From the NCBI GenBank assembly GCA_964474755.1, contig CAYYUG010000011.1:8698-72697 (forward strand): a DNA stretch of 64,000 nt. The letters are read 5' to 3'. This document shows, piece after piece, positions 1-11,193 of this stretch (its first letter is position 1; each line of letters opens with the position of its first letter). The position numbers and the translations under genes are program-made. This stretch comes from an uncultured Rhodospirillaceae bacterium. GTDB lineage: Bacteria > Pseudomonadota > Alphaproteobacteria > UBA8366 > GCA-2717185. The notes under the pieces were generated by a model. It was not told where the DNA came from and made no database searches. It saw only the letters and a program-made list of their open reading frames with translations.

Positions 1-66
1 GGCGGGAGTAGGCCAGCTTTTACCCGTGCCAACCTTCGAATTTTTGGGGAGAGTGAATTCAGCCAT
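1..66 (-). CDS. sdhB: succinate dehydrogenase iron-sulfur subunit, first 22 codons only (runs off window start)
   Basis: My translation from the ATG at 66..64 gives MAEFTLPKNSKVGTGKSWPTPA, which resembles remembered alphaproteobacterial SdhB N-termini. It lies about 48 nt downstream of the sdhA stop. Confidence 0.6.
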   Translation of the reverse strand, partial: MAEFTLPKNSKVGTGKSWPTPA

Positions 67-114
67 GATTACCCCTTCTTTTTTATCAACTGGTTATATG
101 ACGTGCAGCGCTCT

Positions 115-1905
115 CTAGTAGACGCGTGCTTTCGGCGGCACCGGTTGAATTTCGTTGGTCAACGTTTCCATATGGACAGGGCGATAGTCGATCTTGACGT
201 TGTAATCTTCATCAATCCACGCAATCGTGTGCTTCATCCAATTCTCGTCGTCACGATCCGGGATGTCATCTCTGGCATGCGCACCGCGCGATTCTTGGCG
301 GTTCGCCGCAGAACTCATGGTGACGGCCGCCTGTTCAACGAGATTCTCGAATTCCAACGTTTCTACAAGATCCGAGTTCCAGATCATTGACCGATCGCTA
401 ACCTTGATGCTGGCGATACCGTCCGTCACCTCCTTCATCATGGCCACACCCTCATTCATCACTTCCTGCGTCCGGAATACAGCGCAGTTGTTTTGCATAA
501 CTTCCTGCATACGTAGCCGTAGTTCCGCAGTTGGCGTATCGCCGCTGGAATGACGCAGCTTATCAAAACGGTCAAGTGCGTATTGCCCCGCGTCGGCAGG
601 CAGCGGCCTATGCGACTCATTCGGGTCGATGACATCGGCGCAGGTATTCGCCGCGGCGCGACCGAACACAACCAGGTCAAGCAACGAGTTGGAGCCAAGG
701 CGATTGGCACCATGCACCGAGACGCAGGCCGCTTCGCCGACAGCCATTAATCCCGATACTGCTGTGTCCGGATTGCCATCTTTTAGAGTCATAGCCTGAC
801 CGCGATAGTTGGTTGGCACGCCACCCATATTGTAGTGGCAAGTCGGGATTACCGGTATCGGTTCCGTCATCACGTCGACGCCAGCAAAAATCTGTGCCGT
901 TTCAGCAATGCCTGGAAGGCGCTCTGCAATCAGTGCCGCGTCAAGATGTTCGAGATGTAAAAAGATGTGGTCTTTGTTGTCGCCGACACCTCTTCCTTCA
1001 CGGATTTCCATCGTCATGGACCGGCTAACCACGTCACGGCTGGCCAAATCCTTCGCCGACGGGGCGTAGCGTTCCATGAACCGCTCGCCTTCGCTATTGG
1101 TCAAGTAGCCGCCCTCGCCGCGCGAACCTTCCGTAATCAGACAACCAGAACCGTAGATGCCGGTCGGATGGAATTGTACAAATTCCATATCCTGCATCGG
1201 TAATCCAGCGCGCAGCACCATGCCAGCACCATCACCCGTGCAGGTATGCGCTGAGGTGGCGGAAAAGTAGATACGTCCGCCGCCACCGGTCGCCAGGATC
1301 GTTTGCTTGGCACGGAAGCGATGGATCGAACCATCATCCAGGTTCCAGGCCATGACACCACGGCATTCCCCGTCTTCCATAATCAGATCAAGCGCGAAAT
1401 ACTCGATAAAAAACTCGGCCTCGTGCTTTAGTGACTGCTGGTACAGCGTGTGCAGCATAGCGTGACCAGTCCGGTCAGCGGCAGCGCAGGTGCGTTGCGC
1501 CTGCGGCCCTTCGCCATATTCCGTAGTCATACCACCAAAGGCACGCTGATAGATCTTGCCATCCGGCGTTCGGCTGAACGGAACACCGTAATGTTCCAGT
1601 TCGACGATCGCCGGTACCGCCTCACGGCACATATACTCAATCGCGTCCTGGTCGCCAAGCCAATCTGAACCCTTGACCGTGTCGAACATATGCCAGCGCC
1701 AATCGTCCTGGCCCATATTGCCAAGCGCTGCGGACACACCACCTTGCGCCGCTACAGTATGACTGCGCGTCGGGAAAACCTTGGTAAGGCAGGCCGTTTT
1801 GAGACCCTGTTCAGCCAGACCGAACGTGGCCCGCAACCCGGCACCACCAGCGCCTACGACAACGACGTCATAGGTATGATCAATAATTGGATATGCCTCG
1901 CCCAT
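115..1905 (-). CDS. sdhA: succinate dehydrogenase flavoprotein subunit
   Basis: 596-aa ORF. N-terminal FAD motif [13 protein letters not shown], then [11 protein letters not shown], and full-length SdhA-like sequence. Confidence 0.95.
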   Translation of the reverse strand: MGEAYPIIDHTYDVVVVGAGGAGLRATFGLAEQGLKTACLTKVFPTRSHTVAAQGGVSAALGNMGQDDWRWHMFDTVKGSDWLGDQDAIEYMCREAVPAIVELEHYGVPFSRTPDGKIYQRAFGGMTTEYGEGPQAQRTCAAADRTGHAMLHTLYQQSLKHEAEFFIEYFALDLIMEDGECRGVMAWNLDDGSIHRFRAKQTILATGGGGRIYFSATSAHTCTGDGAGMVLRAGLPMQDMEFVQFHPTGIYGSGCLITEGSRGEGGYLTNSEGERFMERYAPSAKDLASRDVVSRSMTMEIREGRGVGDNKDHIFLHLEHLDAALIAERLPGIAETAQIFAGVDVMTEPIPVIPTCHYNMGGVPTNYRGQAMTLKDGNPDTAVSGLMAVGEAACVSVHGANRLGSNSLLDLVVFGRAAANTCADVIDPNESHRPLPADAGQYALDRFDKLRHSSGDTPTAELRLRMQEVMQNNCAVFRTQEVMNEGVAMMKEVTDGIASIKVSDRSMIWNSDLVETLEFENLVEQAAVTMSSAANRQESRGAHARDDIPDRDDENWMKHTIAWIDEDYNVKIDYRPVHMETLTNEIQPVPPKARVY

Positions 1906-1911
1906 GATGCC

Positions 1912-2292
1912 TTAACCTCCAAACGATACTTTTAAAATTGCAAATACTGAGGCGACACCGAGCAACAGGCTCGCCCCTTTCACGATCACGAGCGAAGAAA
2001 TTTTGAGACCTTCGGCATGAATGTAATCTTCAATTACGACCTGCAAACCAAGCTGCATGTGATGAAACGTCGCGAAAACCAGGAGCAGCAGCAATACCGC
2101 ATTTACCGGCGACCGCATCCAAGCGGACGCCGCCGCGTGGTCACCACTGCCCAGCGCGAGGATCGAATAGACAAACCAGAGGGTCAGCGGGATCAGCGCA
2201 ACCGCTGTAACCCGTTGCGCCCAAAAATGTTCCGTCCCGCTCTTAGCGGAGCCGAGACCGCGAACCCGGCCGAGTGGGGACCTAAGGCTCAT
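1912..2292 (-). CDS. sdhD: succinate dehydrogenase membrane anchor subunit
   Basis: Internal ATG at 2292 (MSLRSPLGRVRGLGSAKSGTEHFW...) overlaps the sdhC stop as ATGA. The product has 3 TM segments. The 188-aa track ORF is an artefactual N-terminal extension. Confidence 0.85.
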   Translation of the reverse strand: MSLRSPLGRVRGLGSAKSGTEHFWAQRVTAVALIPLTLWFVYSILALGSGDHAAASAWMRSPVNAVLLLLLVFATFHHMQLGLQVVIEDYIHAEGLKISSLVIVKGASLLLGVASVFAILKVSFGG

Positions 2293-2684
2293 GACACACC
2301 TCCCATCGCTTGGCCAACGAGCCATGCAAGCCCAGTTAACACGATAGATGCCGCAAAAACGATGTAACCGGTATTCCGCGCGGTATCGAGTTCGAAACCC
2401 ACTCCAACATCCCAGCCAAGATGCCGGATACCGTTGCAAAGATGATAGAACAGTGCCCAAGTCCACCCGAGCAGACATATCTTGCCTAACCAGTGGGAAA
2501 CGAACCCCTGCACTAAATCAAACGATGCCACACCGCCTGCCAGCCCGAGCAGCCACCACACCATGAGTAACGTTCCCACGGACAAGCCCACACCAGATGC
2601 GCGGTGTAGAATCGAGAGCGCCATGGTCCATTGCCACGCGTATATCTGCAAATGCGGCGATAGCGGTCTGTCACCGTTACTCAT
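2289..2684 (-). CDS. sdhC: succinate dehydrogenase cytochrome b556 subunit
   Basis: MSNGDRPLSPHLQIY... is a typical SdhC N-terminus. The start is taken at the ATG at 2684; the track ORF extends to 2723. Confidence 0.85.
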   Translation of the reverse strand: MSNGDRPLSPHLQIYAWQWTMALSILHRASGVGLSVGTLLMVWWLLGLAGGVASFDLVQGFVSHWLGKICLLGWTWALFYHLCNGIRHLGWDVGVGFELDTARNTGYIVFAASIVLTGLAWLVGQAMGGVS

Positions 2685-3458
2685 AACCACCTCTTCAATT
2701 ACGATTCCAAATACCTGAACCACTTTGGCTCTATAAATAATATCATAGCTTTCGTCGCAGGTTGCAGTAAAAAGCCCTGCCGTCTCCTAATAGATAATGT
2801 TGAAAATCCACATAGCGACAAGTACCACAACGCTTAAAGCTTTGCCGTCCAGTTGTTGACGCTTATCCCAAGACGGTGTCGACAAAATATTGTGAACTAA
2901 TAATAAATCGCCATCATAAAAAATACCGCAGGACAATGGCGAAGTGGTTTGTATGTCAGTAGCCGATTTATACACAAGAAATAATGCGCGCCGCGCGCTA
3001 TTTTTGTAGACACGCCCTTCTATGGTTTCCACCATCGGTAGTGGCACTCGTTTACGTCGAATTCAACATGTCGCCATTCACCTTAAGTCATTTTCAGCTG
3101 ATCTCAGACCTGTTGGCGGCGGTCGACGGCGACAGTTTTGGAAACGGACATTGATTTCCAACCATATTCGTTCAACTCTGACGGGAATCGATGCAAATAT
3201 TGTGCTCGGATGCCGCCTGCGGGACATAAGTTTTCTGACGACACACAGATTAGGGAGAACGGTATTTTCTTCGGTTCGTCAAACCGCACTGAATGCCACC
3301 CTACCGCCAAGAATGCGAAGGGAAATGGTTCCCAGTGCTCTTCTTTCCCAATGACAATACCCAGCGTCGAGCATTGGAGACGTTTGTCACGCAGACGTGT
3401 CTGACGACCTGTTTCTGCGGTTGAACCATGAGCTAACTCTGACGCAAGATGCTGCCCC

Positions 3459-4298
3459 ATGAAAATACTTTCCATCCAATCCCGCGTCACGAGCGGCTAT
3501 GTTGGCAATGCTGCAGCTGTGCCAATTTTGCAACGCCTTGGCTGCACAGTCTGGCCGGTCGACACGGTGACGTTTTCCAACCACCCTGCTCACGGAGCAC
3601 ATACAGGTGGTATCCGACCCGCACCCGAAATTGAAATGCTTATCAGGGGGCTCTGCAATCAGAACTTGCTGGCCCAATGCGATGCTATCCTTACCGGTTA
3701 CCTGGGAAGCGCGAACATAGCTCCCATTATCATAGCTGCAGTGCAGAGGATACGGGATGCCAATCCAGCCGCACTATGGTGCTGCGACCCCGTAATGGGC
3801 GATCACGGCCAATTCTATGTCACCGAGGATATCCCACAATTCTTCCGTAACAAGGCACTACCCAATTCGAATATAATCTTGCCGAACGCCTTCGAAGCAG
3901 AACACCTGTCGGGTATTTCGGTGACGACGGTAAGCGAAGCAGCAAAAGCAGCCAGTTTATTGTTGGCCAAGGGCCCTAAAACAGTGATCATAACGGGAAT
4001 CATAGAGGGTGACCAAGTGGGCGCTGTTGCGGCGGACGCCAACGGATGCTGGGCGTGTTTGGCATCTGCCATAGCGGCCCCTACCTATGGCGCCGGCGAT
4101 GCGTTTACCTCTCTATTCGTATGTCATTACCTAAAAAGCAACAATTTGCGAAAGGCGCTCGGGCTCGCAGTAAATGGCATCCATAAAATTCTTTCCAGAA
4201 CTGCCAAAGCGCGCACCGCCGACCTGGACCTGATCGCCGCCTTGCCAGCCCTTGATGAGCTTGCACCGCTGCCGGTCAAGAAAATCGGGTGGTTTTAG
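3459..4298 (+). CDS. pdxY: pyridoxal kinase (PdxY type)
   Basis: 279 aa. ILSIQSRVTSGYVGNAAAVPILQRLG...WPVDTVTFSNHP and CDPVMGD align by eye with E. coli PdxY. Confidence 0.85.
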   Translation: MKILSIQSRVTSGYVGNAAAVPILQRLGCTVWPVDTVTFSNHPAHGAHTGGIRPAPEIEMLIRGLCNQNLLAQCDAILTGYLGSANIAPIIIAAVQRIRDANPAALWCCDPVMGDHGQFYVTEDIPQFFRNKALPNSNIILPNAFEAEHLSGISVTTVSEAAKAASLLLAKGPKTVIITGIIEGDQVGAVAADANGCWACLASAIAAPTYGAGDAFTSLFVCHYLKSNNLRKALGLAVNGIHKILSRTAKARTADLDLIAALPALDELAPLPVKKIGWF

Positions 4299-4430
4299 CC
4301 GCTTCGGTGCCCCGCGTTTCCAGCGCCTCGCAGAAGGAAGTCTCGCGACTAATTTGTCACTGGCACGAAATGTGCGGCTAGTGGCTCACACCAGCGATAC
4401 TAGAGCAGACCGTGGTTGGTTGGTATCAAC

Positions 4431-5456
4431 CTAAGCCACTTTGCCGAGATAGCCAGCGACCAATTCTTCGGCAATTTGTACCGCATTCAAGGCCGCGCCT
4501 TTTCGCAGGTTATCTGAAACGACCCAAATATTCAGCGCGTTCTCCTCGCTAATATCCTCGCGAATACGGCTGACATAGACCGCGTCCTCTCCCACGCACT
4601 CAACCGGGCTAACATACCCTTCATCAGCGCGATGATCGACGACCACGACACCTGGCGCAGCGGATAGCGCCGCACGCGCTTCCTCGACGTTGACTGGCCT
4701 ATCGAAGGTCATATTGACTGACTCGGCATGACCTATAAACACCGGCACTCGCACGCATGTCGCAGATATCTTGATCTTTGGATCAAGTATTTTTTTTGTC
4801 TCTGCAACCATCTTCCATTCTTCCTTGGTCGAGCCGTCATCCATGAAAACATCGATATGAGGGATGGCGTTGAAAGCAATTTGTTTCGTGAACTCCTGCC
4901 GGTCCAGCGGGTCGTTCACGAATACAGCGCGGGTCTGGTTGAATAGTTCGTCCATGCCGGCCCGGCCAGCCCCAGAAACGGATTGGTAGGTGCTAACAAC
5001 GACCCGTTTCAGTCCGGCCAAGTCGTGCAGAGGTTTTAAAGCGACAACCATCTGGATTGTAGAGCAATTAGGATTGGCGATGATGTTGCGCCGCCCATAT
5101 TCAGAAATGGCATGGGAATTTACTTCAGGCACGACTAGCGGCACATCCGGGTCCATGCGAAATTGCGACGTATTGTCAATAACGATAGCGCCCGCCTTGG
5201 TGGCTCGCGGCGCAAATTCGGCAGAGATCTTACCGCCTGCTGACGAAAGGACTATATCGGTCCCAGCGAAGTCGAATGACGACAGGCTCTGTACGCCGAG
5301 CTCTTTATCCTCGCCGAACGAAACCACACGCCCGTCGGAATTATCCGACGCCAACGCCGTAATCTTATCGATTGGAAAAGCCCGCTCCGACAATGTAGTC
5401 AATATCTCGCGCCCGACATTGCCGGTAGCACCCACTACCGCGATCTTGTAGCCCAT
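4431..5456 (-). CDS. asd: aspartate-semialdehyde dehydrogenase
   Basis: 341 aa. IAVVGATGNVGRE NAD(P) motif, NPNCSTIQMV active-site Cys motif, Asd-like throughout. Confidence 0.93.
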   Translation of the reverse strand: MGYKIAVVGATGNVGREILTTLSERAFPIDKITALASDNSDGRVVSFGEDKELGVQSLSSFDFAGTDIVLSSAGGKISAEFAPRATKAGAIVIDNTSQFRMDPDVPLVVPEVNSHAISEYGRRNIIANPNCSTIQMVVALKPLHDLAGLKRVVVSTYQSVSGAGRAGMDELFNQTRAVFVNDPLDRQEFTKQIAFNAIPHIDVFMDDGSTKEEWKMVAETKKILDPKIKISATCVRVPVFIGHAESVNMTFDRPVNVEEARAALSAAPGVVVVDHRADEGYVSPVECVGEDAVYVSRIREDISEENALNIWVVSDNLRKGAALNAVQIAEELVAGYLGKVA

Positions 5457-5954
5457 CGTTTTGTTCCTGTTTGTCTAATTTTGCTGCGCCTAGAGGGCAC
5501 AATAGCTTCAAGCGATGAGTTTTCCCCTCACCTGGATGCGTGTTGATATTTGGGTAATACTTGTTGGCGGCCCTTTTTCATTTTGGTCGTTTTCGCGGCC
5601 TACGTGGGCGCCATTTTTTGCCGCAATCGTTGTCTGCTTCACAGTATTTTTAATCATCACAGCCAGTTTAGGGGGCTCCACAGTCTTCGCTATATAGCCC
5701 CATCCGCTGCCACTGCCATCATTTACGCTAGCCGCAAATGCTGCCGAAGCCCATTCATAAATTGACATTAATAGGCAATTAAAGGGTCCGTCAGGCGTCC
5801 GCGACAACTTTGAATTTTTCTTCGTAGCCGCGACGATGTATTTGTTGGATTTCTGCACAAAATCATGTCCCACATCGATAGCCCAAGATGAGGCCGCAAG
5901 CGGCGCCTAAGTTAAAAAGGGCAGCGATAACAGTTCAAAGCATTCCGTGACATC

Positions 5955-7067
5955 CTAAGCTACCTGACTGTCCAACTCCCGCAAGATAGAGTCGCCCATT
6001 ACAGTTGTCGATACTCGAACTGCGCCCGGTGCCATGATATCCGAGGTGCGGACACCGGACTTGAGCACGGCCTGCACAGCGTTATCCACCAGACTGGCAT
6101 CCTCTTCCAAGTCGAAGGAATACCGCAATAACATGGCAAAGCTAAGCAGGCAGGCAAGTGGGTTGGCCATATCCTTGCCGGCAATGTCCGGCGCACTGCC
6201 ATGCACCGGTTCGTATAGCGCACGGCGGCGGCCGCTATCGTCCGGCGCCCCGAGTGTTGCCGAGGGCAGCATGCCAAGCGATCCAGTTAGCATAGCGGCA
6301 CAATCCGATAAAATATCACCAAACAGATTATCGGAGACAATGACGTCGAACTGGAGCGGATCGCGGACCAGCTGCATAGCGCAGTTATCTGCATACATAT
6401 GGCTTAGCTCCAGATCGGAATAAGATTCCTTGTGCAACTCGGTCACTACCTGACGCCACAATACGCCGCTTTCCATTACGTTGGCCTTCTCAACCGAGGT
6501 CACCTTGCCCCGGCGTTGTCGAGCAAGACCGAAGGCCACCGCGGCAACTCGGCGAATTTCCGATTCGGTATACGTCTGCGTGTCAAAACCACGGCGCTGT
6601 CCATCCTTAAGTGTCTCAATGCCGCGCGGTGTGCCAAAATAGATACCACCCGTCGATTCACGCACGATCATAAGATCGAGACCCTCAATCACCTCTGGCT
6701 TGAGAGACGAGGCGTCTAGCAGCGCGTTAAATGTCAGCGCAGGGCGCAGATTGGCGAACAGGTCGAGATCTTTACGTAGGCGTAGCAGTCCCATTTCCGG
6801 CCGCAAATCGCGCGGCGCATCATCATATTGCGGACCCCCCACCGAACCGAACAGTACCGCATCCGCGGCCATCGCATCCGCCATTGTTTCTTCGGTGACC
6901 GGGGTCCCGTGCGCGTCATAGGAGGCACCACCGACGAGCCCTTCCTTAACCTCGAATGTGACCTCTCGGCGCTGGTCAAACCAGTCGACGACCCGCCGCA
7001 CCTGAACCATAACCTCCGGTCCAATGCCATCGCCCGGCAAGATAAGAAGTGATTTGTTCGCTGCCAT
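5955..7067 (-). CDS. leuB: 3-isopropylmalate dehydrogenase
   Basis: 370 aa. [22 protein letters not shown] and full-length LeuB-like sequence. Confidence 0.95.
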   Translation of the reverse strand: MAANKSLLILPGDGIGPEVMVQVRRVVDWFDQRREVTFEVKEGLVGGASYDAHGTPVTEETMADAMAADAVLFGSVGGPQYDDAPRDLRPEMGLLRLRKDLDLFANLRPALTFNALLDASSLKPEVIEGLDLMIVRESTGGIYFGTPRGIETLKDGQRRGFDTQTYTESEIRRVAAVAFGLARQRRGKVTSVEKANVMESGVLWRQVVTELHKESYSDLELSHMYADNCAMQLVRDPLQFDVIVSDNLFGDILSDCAAMLTGSLGMLPSATLGAPDDSGRRRALYEPVHGSAPDIAGKDMANPLACLLSFAMLLRYSFDLEEDASLVDNAVQAVLKSGVRTSDIMAPGAVRVSTTVMGDSILRELDSQVA

Positions 7068-7091
7068 TAGGATTCCCTTAAATATCCCTAA

Positions 7092-8516
7092 CTATTCTAT
7101 TGAACGTTTTTCGAGATCACGCACATCGGTCAGACGCCCCGTCACCGCCGCTGCGGCGACCATCGCCGGGCTGGCCAGATGAGTTCGTCCCTCGCGGCCT
7201 TGCCTGCCCTCAAAATTTCGATTGGAGGTCGACGCACAGCGCTGCCCTGGTTGGATGTAATCACCATTCATGGCGACGCACATGGAGCAGCCCGGCTCGC
7301 GCCAATCAAATCCAGCCTCCTTGAAAATCTTATCGAGTCCACGCGCTTCAGCTTGTTCCTTGACCAGGCCCGACCCCGGGACCACCATCGCCTCCACACC
7401 GTCCGCAACTTTTCGGCCGCGCGCAATCGCAGCAGCAGCTTCCAGGTCCTCGATCCTGCTGTTAGTGCAGGACCCAATGAAAGCGCGGTCTATAGTCACT
7501 TCCGTCATCGCCGTACCCGGTGCTAACCCCATATAATCAAGCGAGCGCTGGATCATCCGTCGCCGATCGTCATTGAGGGCATCTGCCGGATCCGGCACTA
7601 CTCCATCGATCGGTGCGACTTCTTCTGGATTGGTGCCCCAGGTCACCTGCGGTGCTATCGAATCCGCCACGAGAGTTATTTCCTTATCAAAGAAGGCACC
7701 TTCGTCGGTCGGCAGTGTCTTCCAATATGCAACGGCTCGGTCCCAATCCGCGCCTTTCGGCGCCCGCGGTCGACCTTCGCAATAGGCGAACGTCGTCTCG
7801 TCCGGTGCAATCAGACCAGCACGTGCACCGGCTTCTATAGTCATGTTCGACACTGTCATCCGCCCTTCCATCGACAGTCCGCGGATCGCTGATCCGGCGA
7901 ACTCAATAACATGCCCCGTGCCCCCCGCCGTGCCAATCGCACCAATAATCGCAAGAATTATGTCTTTGCCGGTGCACCCAGCGGACAAGTCGCCATCGAC
8001 TGTCACCCGCATATTCTGCGGTTTTGGAGTGCGCAGCGTTTGCGTTGCCAGGATATGCTCGATTTCTGAGGTGCCTACCCCCATAGCGAAGGCCCCAAAC
8101 GCGCCATGGGTCGCGGTGTGACTATCACCACAGAATAGGGTCACGCCCGGAAGAGTGAACCCTTGCTCCGGCCCGATGACATGAACAATGCCCTGGCGCT
8201 TGTCCATCAAATCGAACAGCTCCACGCCGAACTCTTCGTAATCTTTATAGGCTTGTTCGACAATTTTGCGCGCTACAGGATCCTCAATCGCCTGATCGCG
8301 GGGATGCGTCGGGATGACATGATCCATCACACCCAGAACCTTGTTCGGGCAACGCACCTTGAGCCCAGCCATCCGTAACCCCTCGAAGGCCTGTGGCTGC
8401 ATCTCCATTATAAGCAGTCGATCAGTATAGAGGATGCTGAGGCCGTCCTCAGTGGTGTCAACAAGATGGGCATCCCATATCTTGTCGAACAGCGTACGCG
8501 GTGCCGCCATGGTCAT
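7092..8516 (-). CDS. aconitase-family hydro-lyase large subunit, divergent LeuC paralog
   Basis: 474 aa, roughly two-thirds identical by eye to the LeuC at 9156..10562. It keeps GDSHT and the Fe-S Cys motifs ([21 protein letters not shown]). It carries [13 protein letters not shown] and DHVIPT where the neighbour has [14 protein letters not shown] and DHNIAT. Its start overlaps the leuD stop (ATGA). Confidence 0.8.
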   Translation of the reverse strand: MTMAAPRTLFDKIWDAHLVDTTEDGLSILYTDRLLIMEMQPQAFEGLRMAGLKVRCPNKVLGVMDHVIPTHPRDQAIEDPVARKIVEQAYKDYEEFGVELFDLMDKRQGIVHVIGPEQGFTLPGVTLFCGDSHTATHGAFGAFAMGVGTSEIEHILATQTLRTPKPQNMRVTVDGDLSAGCTGKDIILAIIGAIGTAGGTGHVIEFAGSAIRGLSMEGRMTVSNMTIEAGARAGLIAPDETTFAYCEGRPRAPKGADWDRAVAYWKTLPTDEGAFFDKEITLVADSIAPQVTWGTNPEEVAPIDGVVPDPADALNDDRRRMIQRSLDYMGLAPGTAMTEVTIDRAFIGSCTNSRIEDLEAAAAIARGRKVADGVEAMVVPGSGLVKEQAEARGLDKIFKEAGFDWREPGCSMCVAMNGDYIQPGQRCASTSNRNFEGRQGREGRTHLASPAMVAAAAVTGRLTDVRDLEKRSIE

Positions 8517-9136
8517 GCCGGTGGCGAACTATTAAGCCAAGGCTGCGCTTGGTTCTGTTGCGCCTCGAAACTATCAATCTTATCGCCCTTCTGCATAGTA
8601 AGACCGATATCGTCGAGCCCATCCAGCAGGCATTCGCGGCGGAAGGCATCCAGCTCGAACGACACAGTCACACCGTTCGGGCGCTTGATCTCCATGTTGA
8701 CCAGATCAATCGTCAGCTCCGGATTTTCCGTGTCGCTGGCGTCGGCCATTAGGGCGTCAAGATGCTCCTTGGAAATGCGGATCGGCAGGATACCGTTCTT
8801 GAAGCAGTTGTTGTAGAAAATGTCGGCGAAGCTAGTCGAGATGACGCACCGGATGCCAAAATCCAGCAGCGCCCATGGCGCGTGCTCACGCGAGGACCCG
8901 CATCCGAAATTATCGCCCGCCACAATAATTTTAGCATCCCGATAGGGGTCCTTGTTCAGAATAAAGTCGGGCTTCTCTCTGCCGTCCGGCTCGAAACGCA
9001 TCTCTTCGAACAGCACCTTGCCAAGACCGGTGCGTTTAATGGTCCGGAGGTGCAATTTGGGGATGATCTTATCGGTATCGATGTTAATCATGTCCATCGG
9101 CGCCGCGACGCCGGTCAGCGTGTTAAATTTATCCAT
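8513..9136 (-). CDS. leuD: 3-isopropylmalate dehydratase small subunit
   Basis: 207 aa. [26 protein letters not shown], typical LeuD. Confidence 0.93.
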   Translation of the reverse strand: MDKFNTLTGVAAPMDMINIDTDKIIPKLHLRTIKRTGLGKVLFEEMRFEPDGREKPDFILNKDPYRDAKIIVAGDNFGCGSSREHAPWALLDFGIRCVISTSFADIFYNNCFKNGILPIRISKEHLDALMADASDTENPELTIDLVNMEIKRPNGVTVSFELDAFRRECLLDGLDDIGLTMQKGDKIDSFEAQQNQAQPWLNSSPPA

Positions 9137-9155
9137 CGCTCTATCTACCTCCCCC

Positions 9156-10562
9156 TTATCCGTTCAATAATTCACGTACATCGGTCAGCTTGCCGGTAAC
9201 CGCGGCCGCTGCTGCCATCGCCGGACTAACCAGATGGGTCCGACCGCCGCGCCCTTGCCGACCCTCAAAATTGCGGTTTGAAGTCGCAGCACAACGTTCG
9301 CCCGGCTGCAACTGATCGACATTCATCGCCAGGCACATGGAGCAACCTGGCTCGCGCCAATCGAATCCGGCATCGATCAGGATCTGAGCCAGGCCTTCCT
9401 GCTCGGCCTGTTGCTTGACCAAACCGGATCCTGGCACGATCAGGGTGCGGATGCCTTCCTTGACCTTGCGGCCCTCGGCGACCTCGGCAATTGCCCGAAT
9501 GTCTTCGATTCGACCGTTAGTGCAGGCGCCAACGAAGATCGTGTCGATCTCGACATCGGTCATTTTAGTGCCCGGTTTCAGACCCATATACTCACAAGCA
9601 CGTTTGACCGCCGCTGCCTTGTCCGAATTTGGTGCGTCCTTCGGATCGGGTACCACACCGGTTATCGGCACCACGTCCTCAGGGCTGGTACCCCAGGTAA
9701 CCTGCGGCACAATCTCGCTAACATCCAAGGTCGCTTCTTTATCGTAAGTCGCGCCTTCGTCAGACGGCAAGTTCTTCCAGTGAGCGACGGCAGCGTCCCA
9801 ATCTGCTCCCTTCGGGGCATAGGGCCGACCTTTGAGATATTCAAAGGTTTTATCATCTGGTGCAATCAATCCAGCACGCGCGCCAGCTTCGATCGTCATG
9901 TTGGAGACCGTCATACGACCTTCCATCGATAGGGATGTAATCGCAGGCCCGGTGTACTCAATCACGTGACCGGTGCCAGCTGCAGTGCCTATTTTGCCAA
10001 TTAGTGCCAAGATCAGATCCTTAGCGGTGCAGCCAAACGGCAGATCGCCATCCACAGTGATCCGCATGCTCTTGACCGGCGCCTGCAACAGCGTTTGGCT
10101 CGCCATAACATGCTCAACCTCCGAAGTGCCTATACCAAAGGCGAGCGCGCCGAGGGCGCCGTGCGTCGCAGTGTGACTATCGCCGCACACCAATGTCACG
10201 CCCGGCAGGGTAAAGCCCTGTTCCGGGCCAATGATATGGACGATACCGTTGCGCGGATCGTCAATCTCGAAAAGAGTGACACCGAAATCAGAACAGTTAC
10301 GCCGCAAGGTGTCGATCTGCAGCTGTGAATCCTCCGGGATTGCCTCCGTTCGGTCGGTAGCGATGTTGTGGTCAATCACCCCGAGGGTCAGGTCCGGGCG
10401 GCGCAACTTGCGGCCGGCTAGGGTCAGGCCCTCGAAGGGCTGCGGGCTGGTTACCTCGTGGATTATGTGACGATCGATATACAGCAGGCAGGTCCCATCT
10501 TCCTGCGTATTCACCACATGATTGTCCCAAATCTTTTCGAGAAGTGTGCGCGGCTTGGACAT
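9156..10562 (-). CDS. leuC: 3-isopropylmalate dehydratase large subunit (canonical motifs)
   Basis: 468 aa. [48 protein letters not shown] and [10 protein letters not shown] are all present. Confidence 0.93.
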   Translation of the reverse strand: MSKPRTLLEKIWDNHVVNTQEDGTCLLYIDRHIIHEVTSPQPFEGLTLAGRKLRRPDLTLGVIDHNIATDRTEAIPEDSQLQIDTLRRNCSDFGVTLFEIDDPRNGIVHIIGPEQGFTLPGVTLVCGDSHTATHGALGALAFGIGTSEVEHVMASQTLLQAPVKSMRITVDGDLPFGCTAKDLILALIGKIGTAAGTGHVIEYTGPAITSLSMEGRMTVSNMTIEAGARAGLIAPDDKTFEYLKGRPYAPKGADWDAAVAHWKNLPSDEGATYDKEATLDVSEIVPQVTWGTSPEDVVPITGVVPDPKDAPNSDKAAAVKRACEYMGLKPGTKMTDVEIDTIFVGACTNGRIEDIRAIAEVAEGRKVKEGIRTLIVPGSGLVKQQAEQEGLAQILIDAGFDWREPGCSMCLAMNVDQLQPGERCAATSNRNFEGRQGRGGRTHLVSPAMAAAAAVTGKLTDVRELLNG

Positions 10563-10641
10563 TAGGCTCCCTCGTCCTGGCTGAATTTCGCTTATGAGTG
10601 AACGCCGTTGCGATTATATCTGAAGTCGTCTCATACTTTAA

Positions 10642-10672
10642 CGCCTGCTATCGCAGGGCGGAGACCCTCCGC
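10642..10672 (-). terminator. tandem GC hairpins between rplS and leuC (possible terminator/attenuator)
   Basis: Minus strand reads GCGGA-GGGUC-UCCGC, then CGCCCUGC-GAUA-GCAGGCG, followed by UUAAAGUAU. This lies about 95-120 nt after the rplS stop. The U-tract is weak. Confidence 0.3.
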
Positions 10673-10764
10673 GAATTTGGTGACCACAACGATTTAAGCG
10701 TTTCCACTCCCATCTTTGCAAAGCAGAATATTTCACAATTCGATGAAACGCACTCTCAAGGTGA

Positions 10765-11193
10765 TCAACTCTTGCCACTGTCCAAAGGTTCAGCCGGCAT
10801 CGTTTCCACCGATGCCGCAGTTTCCGTGCGCCGGGCCGTCGTTCGTTCGGCGATCCGTGCGGACTTACCACGTCGTTCACGAAGGTAATAAAGCTTCGCG
10901 CGACGCACTGACCCGCGGCGCACAACCTCGATCTGCTCTATCCGCGGGCTGTATAACGGGAAAACACGCTCCACACCCTCGCCGTAGCTAATCTTACGAA
11001 CCGTAAACGCACTGTTCACCCCGTTATTTTTACGTGCAATGCAAACGCCCTCGAAGACCTGGATTCGCTCGCGCGAGCCCTCAATGACCTTGACATGGAC
11101 GCGCAGCGTGTCACCTGCCTGAAATTCGGGAATTGGTCGCGCTTCGGCAAGCTTCGCCACCTGCTCTTTTTCGAGCTGTTCGATAATATTCAT
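10765..11193 (-). CDS. rplS: 50S ribosomal protein L19
   Basis: 142 aa. [33 protein letters not shown] is a classic L19 sequence. It has a C-terminal low-complexity tail. Confidence 0.95.
   Translation of the reverse strand: MNIIEQLEKEQVAKLAEARPIPEFQAGDTLRVHVKVIEGSRERIQVFEGVCIARKNNGVNSAFTVRKISYGEGVERVFPLYSPRIEQIEVVRRGSVRRAKLYYLRERRGKSARIAERTTARRTETAASVETMPAEPLDSGKS

Noticed and set aside
1912-2478. N-terminal extensions of several track ORFs (sdhD, cupin, coxM, coxL, CocE-like, dapF, hydantoinase, NUDIX, aminotransferase, DAO at 53952).
   Set aside because: Internal starts give canonical N-termini, have Shine-Dalgarno sequences and/or 4-nt stop-start overlaps with the upstream gene. The extensions overlap neighbouring genes and have unusual composition.
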